Source: a virus
Lineage: Duplodnaviria; Caudoviricetes
Strand: one strand, 5' to 3'
IMG/VR virus record: IMGVR_UViG_3300043429_000255
Span: 1,980-65,979 of that record
Length of the DNA: 64,000 nucleotides
Both the position numbers and the translations under genes were made by a program. Shown piece by piece: positions 1-10,621 of the stretch; within the stretch, counting starts at the first letter, position 1; each line of letters opens with the position of its first letter. The notes below the pieces were generated by a model. It was given only the letters and a program-made list of their open reading frames with translations, had not been told where the DNA came from and made no database searches.

Positions 1-1908
1 GATTTTTTCAGGACCAATCTCATATGCATCCTCAAAGTATTCAAGATTGTCATTGGTAAGGTATGGGGCTGGGTAGTAAACACGACCAAGCTTTCCTTCC
101 TTGCGGATTTCAATCTTTGAAGCGATTGGGTGAATAGAAGATGTTGAATTATTGATATAGCTAATAGATCCAGTTGGTGGCACAGCCTGAAGGTTCTGGT
201 TATAGATACCGTGGGCCATAACACTATTAGCCAACTCTTTCCAGTCATCTTGGGTAGGAATTGCAATGCCTGCATCTGAGAATAGCTTTGCAACCTTTTC
301 AGTGGATGGCTTCCACTCTTGTGCAATATACTTTGCAAAGAAAGCACCAGAAGCATACTTAGACTTGTCAAAGCCTTCGAATGGGCTTCCTGTTTCAATT
401 GCTAGTTTGTTAGATGCCTTTAGTGCGTGGAACAGCACGGTGTAGAAGTAGATGTTGGTGAAGTCGATTGACTCTTCATCTCCGTAGTGCATACGCTCTT
501 TACCAAAATACCCATGCAGGTTCATCTGGCCCAGACCAATGGCTCGTGACTTCTTGTTGCCCTCGGCAATTGACATAACAGACTCAATATATGACATATC
601 TGCAACAGATGTTAGTGCACGAACTGCAACCTCGATAGTCTTTCCAAAGTCTGGTGACTCCATAGCCTTAGCAATATTTAGCGATCCTAAGTTACATGAA
701 ATATCTTTACCAATATTGTCATATGACAGATCGGGATTGTATGTTGTTGGAGTATTCACCTGAAGGATTTCAGAACAAAGGTTAGACATGTTGATACGAC
801 CATCAATAGGATTAACATTGTTTACTGTATCTTCGTAGACAATATATGGATACCCTGATTCAAACTGTAGCTCTGCGATTGCCTGGAAAAATTCACGTGC
901 CTTAATCTTGCTCTTCTTAATTCTGGCATCGTCAACCATTTCCTGGTACTTCTCAGTAACTGAAATATCTGACATTGGAACTCCATATACACGCTCGATA
1001 TCGTAAGGAGAGAACAGGTACATGTCTTCGTTGTTCTTAGCCAACTCAAGAGTCACGTCTGGAATAACTACACCAAGGCTCAGAGTCTTGATGCGAATCT
1101 TCTCATCGGCGTTCTCACGCTTGGTGTCAAGGAACTTCATGATGTCTGGGTGGTGTGCATTAAGATATACTGCACCTGCACCTTGACGAGACCCCAACTG
1201 ATTAGCATATGAGAATGCGTCTTCAAGCATCTTCATGACTGGAATAATTCCAGATGATTGCCCCTCAATCTTCTTAATTGGAGCACCAGACTCACGAATG
1301 TTTGTCATATTAAGTGCAACACCACCACCACGCTTTGAAAGCTGTAGAGACGAGTTTACTGCACGAGAAATTGATTCCATGTTGTCTTCGATGCGAAGTA
1401 GGAAACAGGATACAAACTCTCCACGCTGTGCCTTACCTGCATTTAGGAATGTAGGCGTGGCTGGCTGGAAACGACCAGTAATAATTTCGTCTACAAGATT
1501 TCTGGCTAGCTGCTCATCTCCACGTGCAAGCATTAGTGCGTTCATGGTTACACGGTCCTCAAAACGTTCTAGGTAACGCTCCCCGTCAAAAGTCTTTAGG
1601 GCGTATGAAGTGTAGAACTTATAGGCACCAACAAAGGTAGGGAAGCGGAACTTGTAGGAATATGTCTGCTTAAACAAATCCTTGATGAACTCAAATGAAT
1701 ATTGGTCCAGGATCTTTGGATCGTAGTATTCTTTTTCTACTAGATACTCTAGTTTCTCTTCAAGGCTGTGGAAAAATACTGTATTTAGATTAACATGATC
1801 TAAAAAGTATGCTCGTGCTGCTTCTCTGTCTTTTTCAAACTGAATTGTTTTATCTGCTCCATAGAGGTTGAGCATTGCGTTTAGTTCATGATAACTATAG
1901 TTGTCCAT
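1..1908 (-). CDS. nrdE: Ribonucleotide reductase class Ib alpha subunit (3' end runs off window)
   Basis: Hand translation from ATG at 1908 gives [16 protein letters not shown]..., later [50 protein letters not shown], typical of NrdE. Not in the ORF track because there is no stop in the window. Directly follows nrdI. Confidence 0.95.
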   Translation of the reverse strand, partial: MDNYSYHELNAMLNLYGADKTIQFEKDREAARAYFLDHVNLNTVFFHSLEEKLEYLVEKEYYDPKILDQYSFEFIKDLFKQTYSYKFRFPTFVGAYKFYTSYALKTFDGERYLERFEDRVTMNALMLARGDEQLARNLVDEIITGRFQPATPTFLNAGKAQRGEFVSCFLLRIEDNMESISRAVNSSLQLSKRGGGVALNMTNIRESGAPIKKIEGQSSGIIPVMKMLEDAFSYANQLGSRQGAGAVYLNAHHPDIMKFLDTKRENADEKIRIKTLSLGVVIPDVTLELAKNNEDMYLFSPYDIERVYGVPMSDISVTEKYQEMVDDARIKKSKIKAREFFQAIAELQFESGYPYIVYEDTVNNVNPIDGRINMSNLCSEILQVNTPTTYNPDLSYDNIGKDISCNLGSLNIAKAMESPDFGKTIEVAVRALTSVADMSYIESVMSIAEGNKKSRAIGLGQMNLHGYFGKERMHYGDEESIDFTNIYFYTVLFHALKASNKLAIETGSPFEGFDKSKYASGAFFAKYIAQEWKPSTEKVAKLFSDAGIAIPTQDDWKELANSVMAHGIYNQNLQAVPPTGSISYINNSTSSIHPIASKIEIRKEGKLGRVYYPAPYLTNDNLEYFEDAYEIGPEKI

Positions 1909-2296
1909 TTAGTAGACCTAACCTTTCCTTTACCTTAATTACATCTTCTTGTGTGCCAAAGATTTCCACTCTAGCTATAACTGGTACCCCAGTCTTTTGA
2001 GAAATCATATCTGCAGCTTTGCAGTAATGCTCTCCAAAGTTTGTGTTTCCAAAACCAACTACACCAAGCAGAAGGTCTCTGTTTTGTTTAATATTTAAAA
2101 AACGTCGTACCTGTCTGGGGATTGCAGATCCTTCATTCCCTCCACCATAAGTTGGAACAAATAAAACGTAATAATCATCAACCACGGTAGGGCTGTCAAC
2201 ATCATCGCTAATAGGAATACGGATAGAATGCTCATTTAGTTTCTCCACGAATCGTTTAGTGTTGCCTGAATAATTAGAAAAGTAAACAATATCCAT
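1895..2296 (-). CDS. nrdI: NrdI flavodoxin-like protein
   Basis: [34 protein letters not shown] motifs; adjacent to nrdE. Confidence 0.95.
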   Translation of the reverse strand: MDIVYFSNYSGNTKRFVEKLNEHSIRIPISDDVDSPTVVDDYYVLFVPTYGGGNEGSAIPRQVRRFLNIKQNRDLLLGVVGFGNTNFGEHYCKAADMISQKTGVPVIARVEIFGTQEDVIKVKERLGLLNGQL

Positions 2297-2336
2297 TGAA
2301 TAGATACACTTTACCTTTCTAAAATGGGGACAGATA

Positions 2337-2363
2337 AGGGGAGAGAACTGTTTGCCCTCTCCC
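2337..2363 (-). terminator. GC-rich hairpin in the nrdI leader (terminator or leader structure)
   Basis: Minus strand GGGGAGAGGGC-AAACA-GTTCTCTCCCC followed by TTATCT. Confidence 0.5.
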
Positions 2364-2382
2364 CAAATCTATTATACATCAA

Positions 2383-3285
2383 TTACTTAACAGGCTTAAC
2401 CTGAAGCTTCTTTCCAACCTTAGTGTTGTATCGCTTAGCAAGTGAGTTGTACTTAGCCTTTAGAGATGCAATCTCTGCATCCTTTGCAGCAACAGCTGCA
2501 GACAAAGCGGTAACCTGTGTTGCTAGGTCAGCAGCTGATACTGAGAATGCAACCTCAGTTGTAGCCTTTGCCAAACCAGCTACATCAGTAGCAGTGATCT
2601 TTGAGATACCTGCAACTGCACCTGCAACGGTAGGAGTGGTGATAACACCCTCATAACGCTTGTCAGTTGCATCGTAAGTTAGTGCAGTCTTAACTGTACC
2701 ACGAAGAACTGAGGTTGTAATGGTTGCGTTAGTTACAGCGTTACCAAATACGTCAGTTACGTTAGCAGTGAAGTCAACGTCTACACCTAGTCCAGCAAAT
2801 GCAGGAACTGATGTTGTTAGAGTGTATGCAGCACCTGCAGTACCCTTAACTACATAAGTAGTTGAGTCTCCACCAACGGTAACTACAACTGAACCAGCAG
2901 TAGTTGAAGTGGTGAATGCATAGAAGGTAACTGTGGTTCCTGAACCTGAGTTAGCTGAGAATGTTGCAGAACCTGCTGAAGCTGCTACTGGAGCAGATAC
3001 AGTTGCAAGAGCTGAAACTAGCTTAACACCAGTTGCAGTAGCTGAAACAGTAGTGTTTGCAGCAACAGTAACTACAACCTTAAGGGCATCTGCAGCATCT
3101 ACAGAGTTGTCTGCAGGTACTGGAAGTAGCACTGGATCAGCAGCAGTTGCGGCTGCGGTAACTGATACGTTGTTTACAGTCAATGCTGCTGAGATAGCTG
3201 CATTAGCTGGAGCTGCTACTAGAGCAGATGTTACAAGTGCTACTGCAGAGGCAATAGCGATTAGTGGCTTCTTTAGTGAAGTCAT
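2383..3285 (-). CDS. Secreted Ala/Thr/Val-rich surface-type protein (Ig-like beta domains, C-terminal coiled coil)
   Basis: Signal peptide MTSLKK-hydrophobic-APANA; beta-rich body; basic coiled-coil end. Confidence 0.65.
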   Translation of the reverse strand: MTSLKKPLIAIASAVALVTSALVAAPANAAISAALTVNNVSVTAAATAADPVLLPVPADNSVDAADALKVVVTVAANTTVSATATGVKLVSALATVSAPVAASAGSATFSANSGSGTTVTFYAFTTSTTAGSVVVTVGGDSTTYVVKGTAGAAYTLTTSVPAFAGLGVDVDFTANVTDVFGNAVTNATITTSVLRGTVKTALTYDATDKRYEGVITTPTVAGAVAGISKITATDVAGLAKATTEVAFSVSAADLATQVTALSAAVAAKDAEIASLKAKYNSLAKRYNTKVGKKLQVKPVK

Positions 3286-3317
3286 TATTCTCCTTATTGT
3301 TATTTATATTTTTGATT

Positions 3318-5090
3318 TTAGATTAAATCAAATCTTTGTAGATATTCTTGCACCTCTTTGGGCATAGGCTTATATTTTATCACATTATTAGAATCGCTGT
3401 CAAGCGTCTGTTTTGGTCTATCTCTAAAGGTATGAACCTCTACTTCAAGGTTTGTGTTTTTAGGTGTGTGGCTAATTGCCCCAAAAATAGCCCCACAAAC
3501 AGCATCTGCAAGGTCTTTAGAAAGTTTTCTAGGGTGGTCAACACGATTCCTCATAATCTTAAGCTCTGTCAGCTCTTCGAATAGAAGTTCGATTGCAGGC
3601 ATAGCCAGACGTTCTTCATACACAAGCATAGCCATATCTTCATAATGTTTCTTAGCAACAGAAACAGTCTCAGTTCTCATTCCTACAGACTTTAGCTCAT
3701 TTTGGATATCAAATGATTGCCAGCGGTCAAACGATACCATACCAATATTAAAACCTTGTCTACGAAGATTCTGGATCCACTGTTTCACCTCTGAAAGATT
3801 TACTGGACCCTCGATCCTTGGCTCCCAATACACAACAGCGTCTACAATGACCATAGGAACTACCTGCTCGTAATCTTTCATTACCTGAACAGACACCCAC
3901 TTTTCTACGTGAGCAATTGCTACAGCACACTTGTCATGTTTCTGTGCAAGGTCAGCGTGAACAAAGTAAACCTTATCTGGGTCTGGCTTAAACGTTTCAT
4001 CGAACCTCTTAGAGCTGTCAATTGGGTTTCTAATAGTCATGCAGGCACGAACCTTGTCTTGCTGCTTAAAGAATGCGTCAGATGCAAAGGTTGGGACACA
4101 GGCAAAACGTTGCATAGCGTCACCAATGTCTGTATAGAATGCAAGCTTAAAGTCATCTATTTTACGAGTAGGGTTTACTACCCAAGTTGGTCTTTTAATT
4201 GCAAACATTCCTGGATACTTATATGAAAGAATTTCATCCTCATCCCATTCAATCTCTAGAGAGTTACCCTCTGCATCTTCTGGCAAATCTGGATTCATAA
4301 TAAACTTGTGAGTTTTACGAATGACATTTTTCTCTGCAATAACTGCGTCATATCTTGTAGAAATAAAGTCTCCTGGGAAACGAGGAAATGATAGTAGGGC
4401 TACCTTACCTAAATCTGGGAAACGTGAATCTACTGATGCACGGAAAGCCTTGTAGATATTATCTGCAGTCTTACCCTGATCATTACCTGTGCCAATCTCT
4501 TGAGCAAAACCAGATATCTCATCAAGAACTGCGAGTATAAGGTTAAGACCCTCATGTGATTCTCTCTCAGAGTGGCCTGAGTAGACTGTAATCGAATGAT
4601 CAAACTCAATACTTTCAGCCTTGGCGTTAAACTTGCCAGCGAACCACGGAGACCTTTCAATCTTTGATTTAAATCCTTTAAAGAAAACGTTCTTTGCCTG
4701 CTGGGCGTTGATAGCCACGTTAATGATGTCAATAGCGTCACCGCTTGGTTTACCAAAATAGCGAGCAGGGTCTTTAAGGCATAGTAGCTTATAGACAATA
4801 TAAGAACAAGCAACTGTAGAAGTAAAGTCCTTCCCAGATCCCTTACCAAGCTGAAGAATGATTTCATTTTTAGTGTATTTCTTGTAATAGCGACGACCCT
4901 CCTCTTCTCCCAGAAGATCGATAACATCTTCTAGTTTGTATATCTGGCTCATGGCCTCAACGATATCGTACTGAATTTGTGACAGCGGTGGCTGGTTAAG
5001 ATAGTCTTCGCCCTCAACAAATGTCCTAGCGTCTACTGGACGTTCTGCAAAGTTGTCAGATTTGAGGGCTTCTAAGAAATCATTAAACAT
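3318..5090 (-). CDS. terL: Terminase large subunit
   Basis: Walker A LGKGSGKD, Walker B AVLDEISGF, nuclease HADLAQKHD...SFDRWQS...DHPRKLSKDLADA. Confidence 0.92.
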   Translation of the reverse strand: MFNDFLEALKSDNFAERPVDARTFVEGEDYLNQPPLSQIQYDIVEAMSQIYKLEDVIDLLGEEEGRRYYKKYTKNEIILQLGKGSGKDFTSTVACSYIVYKLLCLKDPARYFGKPSGDAIDIINVAINAQQAKNVFFKGFKSKIERSPWFAGKFNAKAESIEFDHSITVYSGHSERESHEGLNLILAVLDEISGFAQEIGTGNDQGKTADNIYKAFRASVDSRFPDLGKVALLSFPRFPGDFISTRYDAVIAEKNVIRKTHKFIMNPDLPEDAEGNSLEIEWDEDEILSYKYPGMFAIKRPTWVVNPTRKIDDFKLAFYTDIGDAMQRFACVPTFASDAFFKQQDKVRACMTIRNPIDSSKRFDETFKPDPDKVYFVHADLAQKHDKCAVAIAHVEKWVSVQVMKDYEQVVPMVIVDAVVYWEPRIEGPVNLSEVKQWIQNLRRQGFNIGMVSFDRWQSFDIQNELKSVGMRTETVSVAKKHYEDMAMLVYEERLAMPAIELLFEELTELKIMRNRVDHPRKLSKDLADAVCGAIFGAISHTPKNTNLEVEVHTFRDRPKQTLDSDSNNVIKYKPMPKEVQEYLQRFDLI

Positions 5091-5622
5091 CGTTATTGAC
5101 CACCACTGTAATTACTTCTTTTTCCTTAGCAACATTAGAAAGCCTACGCATAATCTCATCTCTAATCTGAGGATATTCCTGAGCGATATCTTTTAGAATG
5201 CCCACAAGAATTTCCTGGTTCTTTTCAATTTCAACCATTTCTTCGGCAAGTTCTTTGTTCTCAAGCAATCCTGCTTTTTGCAGCATATCGATACGCTTGG
5301 ATTCTAGGTCCATAACAAGCTTAATACCTGCAGTCTTTGCCCCAAGATTGGCTGTAGTAGTTGCGTCGTCAATGACTTCGTATGCCTTGCTAATAAGTTT
5401 GCTATAGTGAGTGTCTGCACCAACGAGAGCCTCTTTTGCACGAGCACGGATAGCTGCGTTATCTGCAGCCATTGCCCTCCATTCGTCAATGTATCCTACA
5501 ACCCTTTGTCTTGGAATAGCAAGCTCTTTAGAAATCTGGGTAGCGTCAGATCCTGCTAGATACTTTTCAACAACCTTATTTACGTTGTCTAAGTGTTCTA
5601 CCGTTAGGTCTTCAAAAGACAT
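5083..5622 (-). CDS. Probable terminase small subunit (HTH)
   Basis: N-terminal HTH (ATQISKELAIPRQRV), helical body, overlaps the terL start. Confidence 0.6.
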   Translation of the reverse strand: MSFEDLTVEHLDNVNKVVEKYLAGSDATQISKELAIPRQRVVGYIDEWRAMAADNAAIRARAKEALVGADTHYSKLISKAYEVIDDATTTANLGAKTAGIKLVMDLESKRIDMLQKAGLLENKELAEEMVEIEKNQEILVGILKDIAQEYPQIRDEIMRRLSNVAKEKEVITVVVNNDV

Positions 5623-5623
5623 A

Positions 5624-5776
5624 CTATCTCCTCGATCTTCTTAATTTAAACTTAGCAAGATATACATAGATAGTCTCTACGCTTGTCCCACATTCTTTTG
5701 CAATCTCTTCTGGACTCTTTTTATCCATCCAGTAACGTTTCTTTAGCCATGCTTCATTAGTATACAGCTTTGACAT
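5624..5776 (-). CDS. 50-aa HTH DNA-binding protein
   Basis: Hand translation MSKLYTNEAWLKKRYWMDKKSPEEIAKECGTSVETIYVYLAKFKLRRSRR; start overlaps the upstream stop (TAATG). Confidence 0.8.
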   Translation of the reverse strand: MSKLYTNEAWLKKRYWMDKKSPEEIAKECGTSVETIYVYLAKFKLRRSRR

Positions 5777-6354
5777 TAGCTAGTCAACCTTTCCCAATTG
5801 TTAATCGCATAGTGACCAATACCAATAGCATCTGCGACATCATTATCACTAACTAGCTTATCATATTGAATGTTTATGTAATTAATTGTTTTTTCTTTTC
5901 TAAGATTTCTTTCATAAGTTTTTAGCCAAGAATCTGATTTATCTGGGTACTGTTTCTTTATCAGGAACTTCTCTTCTTTGGTAAGCTTCTTATTATTAAT
6001 AAAGTTTTGCCAAGTAATTGGTGCCACAGCCTTTATTTGAGATACCCCAGTCATTCCAGCAGCCCCCAGAAGAGCTCCCTGCACTAGAGCAAGATCTGCA
6101 GCAGTCTTAGGACTATTCATAAACACAGTATGCTCAATAACAATTGCATCAGCACCGCCGTATGCTTCTAGAAAAGCCTTGGTCTTTTTACCTGCGTCTA
6201 AAACCTTGTCGTACGTTGTTATGCCAGAGTATTTAATCTTGCCGAAGGACTGCAATTCTTTTCCAGAAAATAAAGCAAAGGCAAGACTATTCGTACTTGC
6301 ATCAATAGCCAAAATCTTATTTGGTTTATTGGTCAGTGAGCTTAGTTTTGCCAT
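5776..6354 (-). CDS. RuvC-like Holliday junction resolvase
   Basis: ILAIDASTN, IVIEH, DNDVADAIGIG RNase H-fold acidic residues. Confidence 0.8.
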   Translation of the reverse strand: MAKLSSLTNKPNKILAIDASTNSLAFALFSGKELQSFGKIKYSGITTYDKVLDAGKKTKAFLEAYGGADAIVIEHTVFMNSPKTAADLALVQGALLGAAGMTGVSQIKAVAPITWQNFINNKKLTKEEKFLIKKQYPDKSDSWLKTYERNLRKEKTINYINIQYDKLVSDNDVADAIGIGHYAINNWERLTS

Positions 6355-6625
6355 TTGCTATACCTTTTACTTGTCTAAGAATCTTGTCTACCTCTTTTGG
6401 ATCGATAACACACTTCTCGCAAGTCTTCTCGTCATTATAGATAGAAAGTGGCTCATTACAGATCTTACATCTGCGATCCTTGTTCTTTCTTCTTTCTCTG
6501 CGAGTTTGTTCATATCTTAGAGAAATCTTTTCTTTAGTTGCAGAGTCTCTGCAAGGTACAGAACAGTAAATCTGATATGAGGTTTTTGGCGAAAAGTTAT
6601 TATCACACCATTGACAATGTTTCAT
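6326..6625 (-). CDS. Zinc-finger protein
   Basis: CQWC...YCSVPC...CKIC...CEKC. Confidence 0.65.
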   Translation of the reverse strand: MKHCQWCDNNFSPKTSYQIYCSVPCRDSATKEKISLRYEQTRRERRKNKDRRCKICNEPLSIYNDEKTCEKCVIDPKEVDKILRQVKGIANGKTKLTDQ

Positions 6626-7412
6626 CTATAGGCTCCAAGGATTCAATCCTGATAGTTCCCTTGCCAGCTTCTGCACATGCTGCCTGGATAGGACATGTCT
6701 TGCAGATCTTTGAGTTAGAACGATAGACTTTTTCTGGCAGGGTTTTATCTTCCCAAGCCTTACGAACAGTCTTCATCCAGTCAAATGCCTGGTTTACCCA
6801 CTTAACTAGGTAACTATCTTTAGTCACCTCAATAGGCAAAATCAATAGTTCGTGGTTGTTCTTATTCTCATATATAAGCACAGCCCTTGATTTGCCTAAA
6901 ATTTTCATATAGATAAGCAGCTGAACAAGATGTCCAGTCTTTGGCTTACCGCTTGCCTTACGATACTCAAATCCTTCGTGTGGCATTGTCTTAATTTCTC
7001 CAAGAAGGTCTTCACCATCCCAATCAAGAATTACGTCACCATAACCAAAAATTGGAGGATCCTCTGCCTTGATCATGAACTCTGAGTCTTTTAGAATTCC
7101 TGCATTGGCCATAGCTTCCTGGATACGCTCATGCGACTTTGTACCAGCAGTCATATTTGCACCGCCGTAAGCGTCTGCATTGTCAGTGAAGTTAGCACCA
7201 CTAAAAGCAATGTACCAATAACGAGCACACTCTCCATGTGAGAATGCAATTGTTGAAGGTGCAAATGTCTTCTTTGTCTGGAACTTGTCTACACGCTTTA
7301 CGGTATATCCAGTATTAATCTTTTCAATTAGCTCTGCAGTGTTAAGAAAAGAGGCAACCCTATTGTCTACCTTTTTTAGCATAACCTGACTTAATAAATT
7401 TTTAGCCATCAT
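6603..7412 (-). CDS. Cas4-like PD-(D/E)XK exonuclease
   Basis: CARY...GTKSHERIQ...D..EIKT...QLLIYM and a C-terminal CKTCPIQAAC Fe-S motif. Confidence 0.85.
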   Translation of the reverse strand: MMAKNLLSQVMLKKVDNRVASFLNTAELIEKINTGYTVKRVDKFQTKKTFAPSTIAFSHGECARYWYIAFSGANFTDNADAYGGANMTAGTKSHERIQEAMANAGILKDSEFMIKAEDPPIFGYGDVILDWDGEDLLGEIKTMPHEGFEYRKASGKPKTGHLVQLLIYMKILGKSRAVLIYENKNNHELLILPIEVTKDSYLVKWVNQAFDWMKTVRKAWEDKTLPEKVYRSNSKICKTCPIQAACAEAGKGTIRIESLEPIDETLSMV

Positions 7413-7420
7413 TTTGTACC

Positions 7421-7744
7421 CTAGCGAGTAATGTACTTAAGTGCTGATACTAGTGCATTGATTGATTCTGCAGCAGTATAGTACAAGTTCTTCTTCGCTC
7501 TGTCTCCTTTATCTACGTTTGCCATCCAGGTTGCCTTAAAAGACATCTTAGCTGCAATTGCTTGCAATCTAACAATTTCAATTGTTGCTACCTGTAATGG
7601 AATATCTGGTTTAATAATAATCTTAGCAATGAATGTAAGTGCATCGGTTAGCTCTTTGTCATCCATGTAGTCTGCGATATCAGCAAGGCCGTTTATCATG
7701 TCTAGTGTTGTTGGTGCTGGTGCTCCCAAATCATTATTCTGCAT
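7421..7744 (-). CDS. Hypothetical helical phage protein
   Basis: Open frame coupled to its neighbours; start moved to MQNND. Confidence 0.65.
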   Translation of the reverse strand: MQNNDLGAPAPTTLDMINGLADIADYMDDKELTDALTFIAKIIIKPDIPLQVATIEIVRLQAIAAKMSFKATWMANVDKGDRAKKNLYYTAAESINALVSALKYITR

Positions 7745-8555
7745 CTGCAAATCCTGCATTCTCTTCGTAACTAATGCCAAGGGCCAATCCTTCAGCATTA
7801 TATATGTTCCATGCTAACATATTTGCTGGGTGCTTGTCAACTTCATTTTGGTATTTTTTACGCTCTTCAGGAAATAACTCTGGATCAATTGGGTTTTTCT
7901 GACCAGTCCACCTGTAGTTTGTTGGTAGGCAATAATCAAAGCTTACAATCTCAACAAATTCTCCTGGCTTCCATTTACGCTTAGATCTCCAGTGAATTTG
8001 ATTAACAGCACTAAAGATTATTGCATCCCCCAGCTTTAGATCATAAGGCTTATCTTCAACCCACAAAGTCCAATCATCAACATTTCCACCAATCATATAA
8101 TTAAAAGTTACTAAATTTTCATCGGCGTCTAAGTGTGGAGGCAATGCTGGTGCCATCTTTCCATCGCCGTACTTCATGTCGTAGTCAATATAGTTATAGT
8201 GAGTTAGCCTTAGTGGCTCTTTGTATATGGGCTTGCAGTAACCATCCATTATTTGTTCTATCTCTGGAGGGCAATCAAACTCAATTAGTAGTCTGGACAT
8301 GTGAGTAATAAGCTTTGGGTGAAACCTAGAAGATCCATAGTATTGTTCCTGCTCTCCTGGTAAGGCATAGTATCCAGGATCATTATCCATAAGCTTTCTA
8401 TTTGTCTCTATTACATCTCTAAGAAGCTGAACTTGCTCATCTGTAAATGGTTTTTCAACATAGATTGGAAGGTCCACGTTGTATTTTTCAAACCCTGTTA
8501 AAAACTTATGCATTGGTGCTGGGCTAAGCGATCCTTCAGTGTCAGAGTTTATCAT
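7734..8555 (-). CDS. 2OG-Fe(II) oxygenase-like protein
   Basis: PPHLD (HxD) ... QIHWR distal His; DSBH pattern. Confidence 0.7.
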   Translation of the reverse strand: MINSDTEGSLSPAPMHKFLTGFEKYNVDLPIYVEKPFTDEQVQLLRDVIETNRKLMDNDPGYYALPGEQEQYYGSSRFHPKLITHMSRLLIEFDCPPEIEQIMDGYCKPIYKEPLRLTHYNYIDYDMKYGDGKMAPALPPHLDADENLVTFNYMIGGNVDDWTLWVEDKPYDLKLGDAIIFSAVNQIHWRSKRKWKPGEFVEIVSFDYCLPTNYRWTGQKNPIDPELFPEERKKYQNEVDKHPANMLAWNIYNAEGLALGISYEENAGFADAE

Positions 8556-8601
8556 TCTTGTTTTTTCCTTTATCTTGTACCAATTTTATCACAAAAAGGC
8601 A

Positions 8602-9168
8602 CTAGGCGTAGTACTGATCTCTAAACTTTTTGACTTTTTCATCCATAAGAGCGTAATGGCTTTCTGGAGTTGTCTCTGGATCTTCTTCTGAGAAATGACA
8701 AAAAATCATGTCCACGAAGTCTCCATCCTTAAACTCTGCTCTCTCTCTCCAGTGGACCTGGTGGGTACCACTAAAGAATAGTGCCTGATTGTCAGATAGA
8801 GTATAGGGCTTATCTTCAACTACAATTGCCCAAGGCATAGATGATTTTACCTGAATATCAAATGTTATTCTTTGCTCTTTAAAGGTTTCATCATAGTGTG
8901 GGAATAGGAGTGGGTTTAGCCCTCTACTATTCTCATATCTAGCAAAAGACAGTTCTTTTAAAACCAGCTTTTTGTCGAAGTTATCATTAGCTATCTTAAC
9001 AATCTTTTCTACAACCTTGTCTGGAAGCCAAGAAAAATATGCTGTGTGAGCAAAATTCTCCTGATAAGACTTCTTGTTCTCTGGAGTATTTTCTACATGT
9101 TCATATATTGCCAAGATATCTTCTTCGGAAAATACCTGGTCTACAATCTTATTCTCTACTGCCGTCAT
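8602..9168 (-). CDS. 2OG-Fe(II) oxygenase-like protein
   Basis: PHYD ... QVHWR; paralog of 7734..8555 (VEDKPY.L shared). Confidence 0.7.
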   Translation of the reverse strand: MTAVENKIVDQVFSEEDILAIYEHVENTPENKKSYQENFAHTAYFSWLPDKVVEKIVKIANDNFDKKLVLKELSFARYENSRGLNPLLFPHYDETFKEQRITFDIQVKSSMPWAIVVEDKPYTLSDNQALFFSGTHQVHWRERAEFKDGDFVDMIFCHFSEEDPETTPESHYALMDEKVKKFRDQYYA

Positions 9169-9454
9169 CTTGACTCTCCTCTAATAGCTGCTCTAAAATA
9201 GCTACCTCTATTATAGCAAGTCTTACCTTTTTATTACCTTCGCCAAGAACAACAAAAATAGCTGGATCAGCGTGATTCCTCATGGCATCTGTTACTGCTT
9301 TGGCCCAGTTGTCCTTATTGACCGTGAATCCCTTCGGGTACTCCTTAAAGTCAACAGTAAAATTATGCCATGTAGCATCGCCCTTCTTAGTGTTTCTACC
9401 AGAATTCTTATGCTGTTTGGCACCAACCTTTTTAGCCTCTCCACGCTCACTCAT
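9149..9454 (-). CDS. PD-(D/E)XK nuclease, archaeal-type Holliday junction resolvase-like
   Basis: SER.EAK...NSGR...KGDA...VDFKE. Confidence 0.6.
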   Translation of the reverse strand: MSERGEAKKVGAKQHKNSGRNTKKGDATWHNFTVDFKEYPKGFTVNKDNWAKAVTDAMRNHADPAIFVVLGEGNKKVRLAIIEVAILEQLLEESQDDGSRE

Positions 9455-9617
9455 AGTCCTTCTTGCTTCTTTTTGTATTTAGGTCAATTCGTGTCATGTG
9501 CTTTTGCTTACACATCCATGTCAATTCCTTGGTTTCTGGGTATGATCTAAGACTGGTTACTGGCTCCTTGCACGTGTGGCATAAGAACTTGCCACTATAA
9601 ACTGTATATTTAGACAT
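9447..9617 (-). CDS. 56-aa zinc-ribbon protein
   Basis: Hand translation MSKYTVYSGKFLCHTCKEPV...WMCKQKHM...; overlaps the recA stop and the next start. Confidence 0.7.
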   Translation of the reverse strand: MSKYTVYSGKFLCHTCKEPVTSLRSYPETKELTWMCKQKHMTRIDLNTKRSKKDYE

Positions 9618-10620
9618 TAATCTTAGCCTTAATGGAGTCTTGTAGGTCTAGATCTTCTCTTACACGGTTTACAAACGCTTCTCTACCCTGGACCTTAGAT
9701 CCGTCTGGAAGGATGTACCAGGCTCCTGTACGCTCTACAATACCCATCATCTCCGCAGTATCGACTAGGTCTCCAATGGTGTCTATGCCGATCATACCGC
9801 CTCTAAAGTAGAAGTCGTATTCACCAGATTGAAAGGCAGGAGAGGTCTTTGAGAACTGAACTTCCCAACGAACTTTACGACCAACCTTTTCTTCAATTAG
9901 CTTGTCTCCCACGTGAATCTTGCCCTTGATAGCCTGATTGTCTGATTCAGATGAGAATAGCTTGATGACGGTAGATGAGTAGAACTTGATAGACTGACCA
10001 CCTGTAGGCTGCTGCTGAGTGTACATGGCATTGATGTTATTTCTAGACTGACTAATAAAGACAAGCAATGTTGGCTTAACTTTGTTGTTAGCATAGTTAA
10101 GCATCTTAGTTGCATTGCTAAAGTCTCTAGACTCTGCACCAATCTGCTTGGTATTCTCTAACTGCTTCAACTCATCCGAATCTTTTTCAAAGTAAATAGC
10201 AGGCAATAAAGAGGTAATAGAATCTACTACAATCAGATCTACTCCAGCATGCATTAGCTGCACACCTACATCAACCATCTCATTAATGGTACGTGCCTGT
10301 GACACAATAAGCCTCGAAGTGTCTACCCCAAGCTTTTCTGCCCAAGACTTGTCGTATGACATCTCGGCATCAATCCATGCACAGATTTTTCCCTCTTGCT
10401 GTGCTTCACCAATCATCTGTAAGCATAGGGATGACTTTGCACTAGACTTGCTACCCCAGATAAGAATCTGTCGTCCATATGGCAGTCCACCATTTAGTGC
10501 ACGGTTTAGCCCAAAGCTTGGTGTTGCCTGAAATTCAGTATCTGGTACTGTATCTCCTGTTGTGATATTCTTACGCAACTTTGGGTTTAGTTGTGCCAAT
10601 ACATCTTCTACTGTCATCAT
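9610..10620 (-). CDS. recA: RecA/UvsX-like recombinase
   Basis: LNGGLPYGR, WGSKSSAKSS Walker A, WIDAE, VVDSI, TGGQSIKFYSS, GAWY. Confidence 0.93.
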   Translation of the reverse strand: MMTVEDVLAQLNPKLRKNITTGDTVPDTEFQATPSFGLNRALNGGLPYGRQILIWGSKSSAKSSLCLQMIGEAQQEGKICAWIDAEMSYDKSWAEKLGVDTSRLIVSQARTINEMVDVGVQLMHAGVDLIVVDSITSLLPAIYFEKDSDELKQLENTKQIGAESRDFSNATKMLNYANNKVKPTLLVFISQSRNNINAMYTQQQPTGGQSIKFYSSTVIKLFSSESDNQAIKGKIHVGDKLIEEKVGRKVRWEVQFSKTSPAFQSGEYDFYFRGGMIGIDTIGDLVDTAEMMGIVERTGAWYILPDGSKVQGREAFVNRVREDLDLQDSIKAKINV

Positions 10621-10621
10621 C

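Noticed and set aside
6603-7412. Cas4-like nuclease as a sign of CRISPR-Cas
   Set aside because: No repeat-spacer array or other cas genes seen; solo Cas4-like exonucleases are common in phage recombination modules
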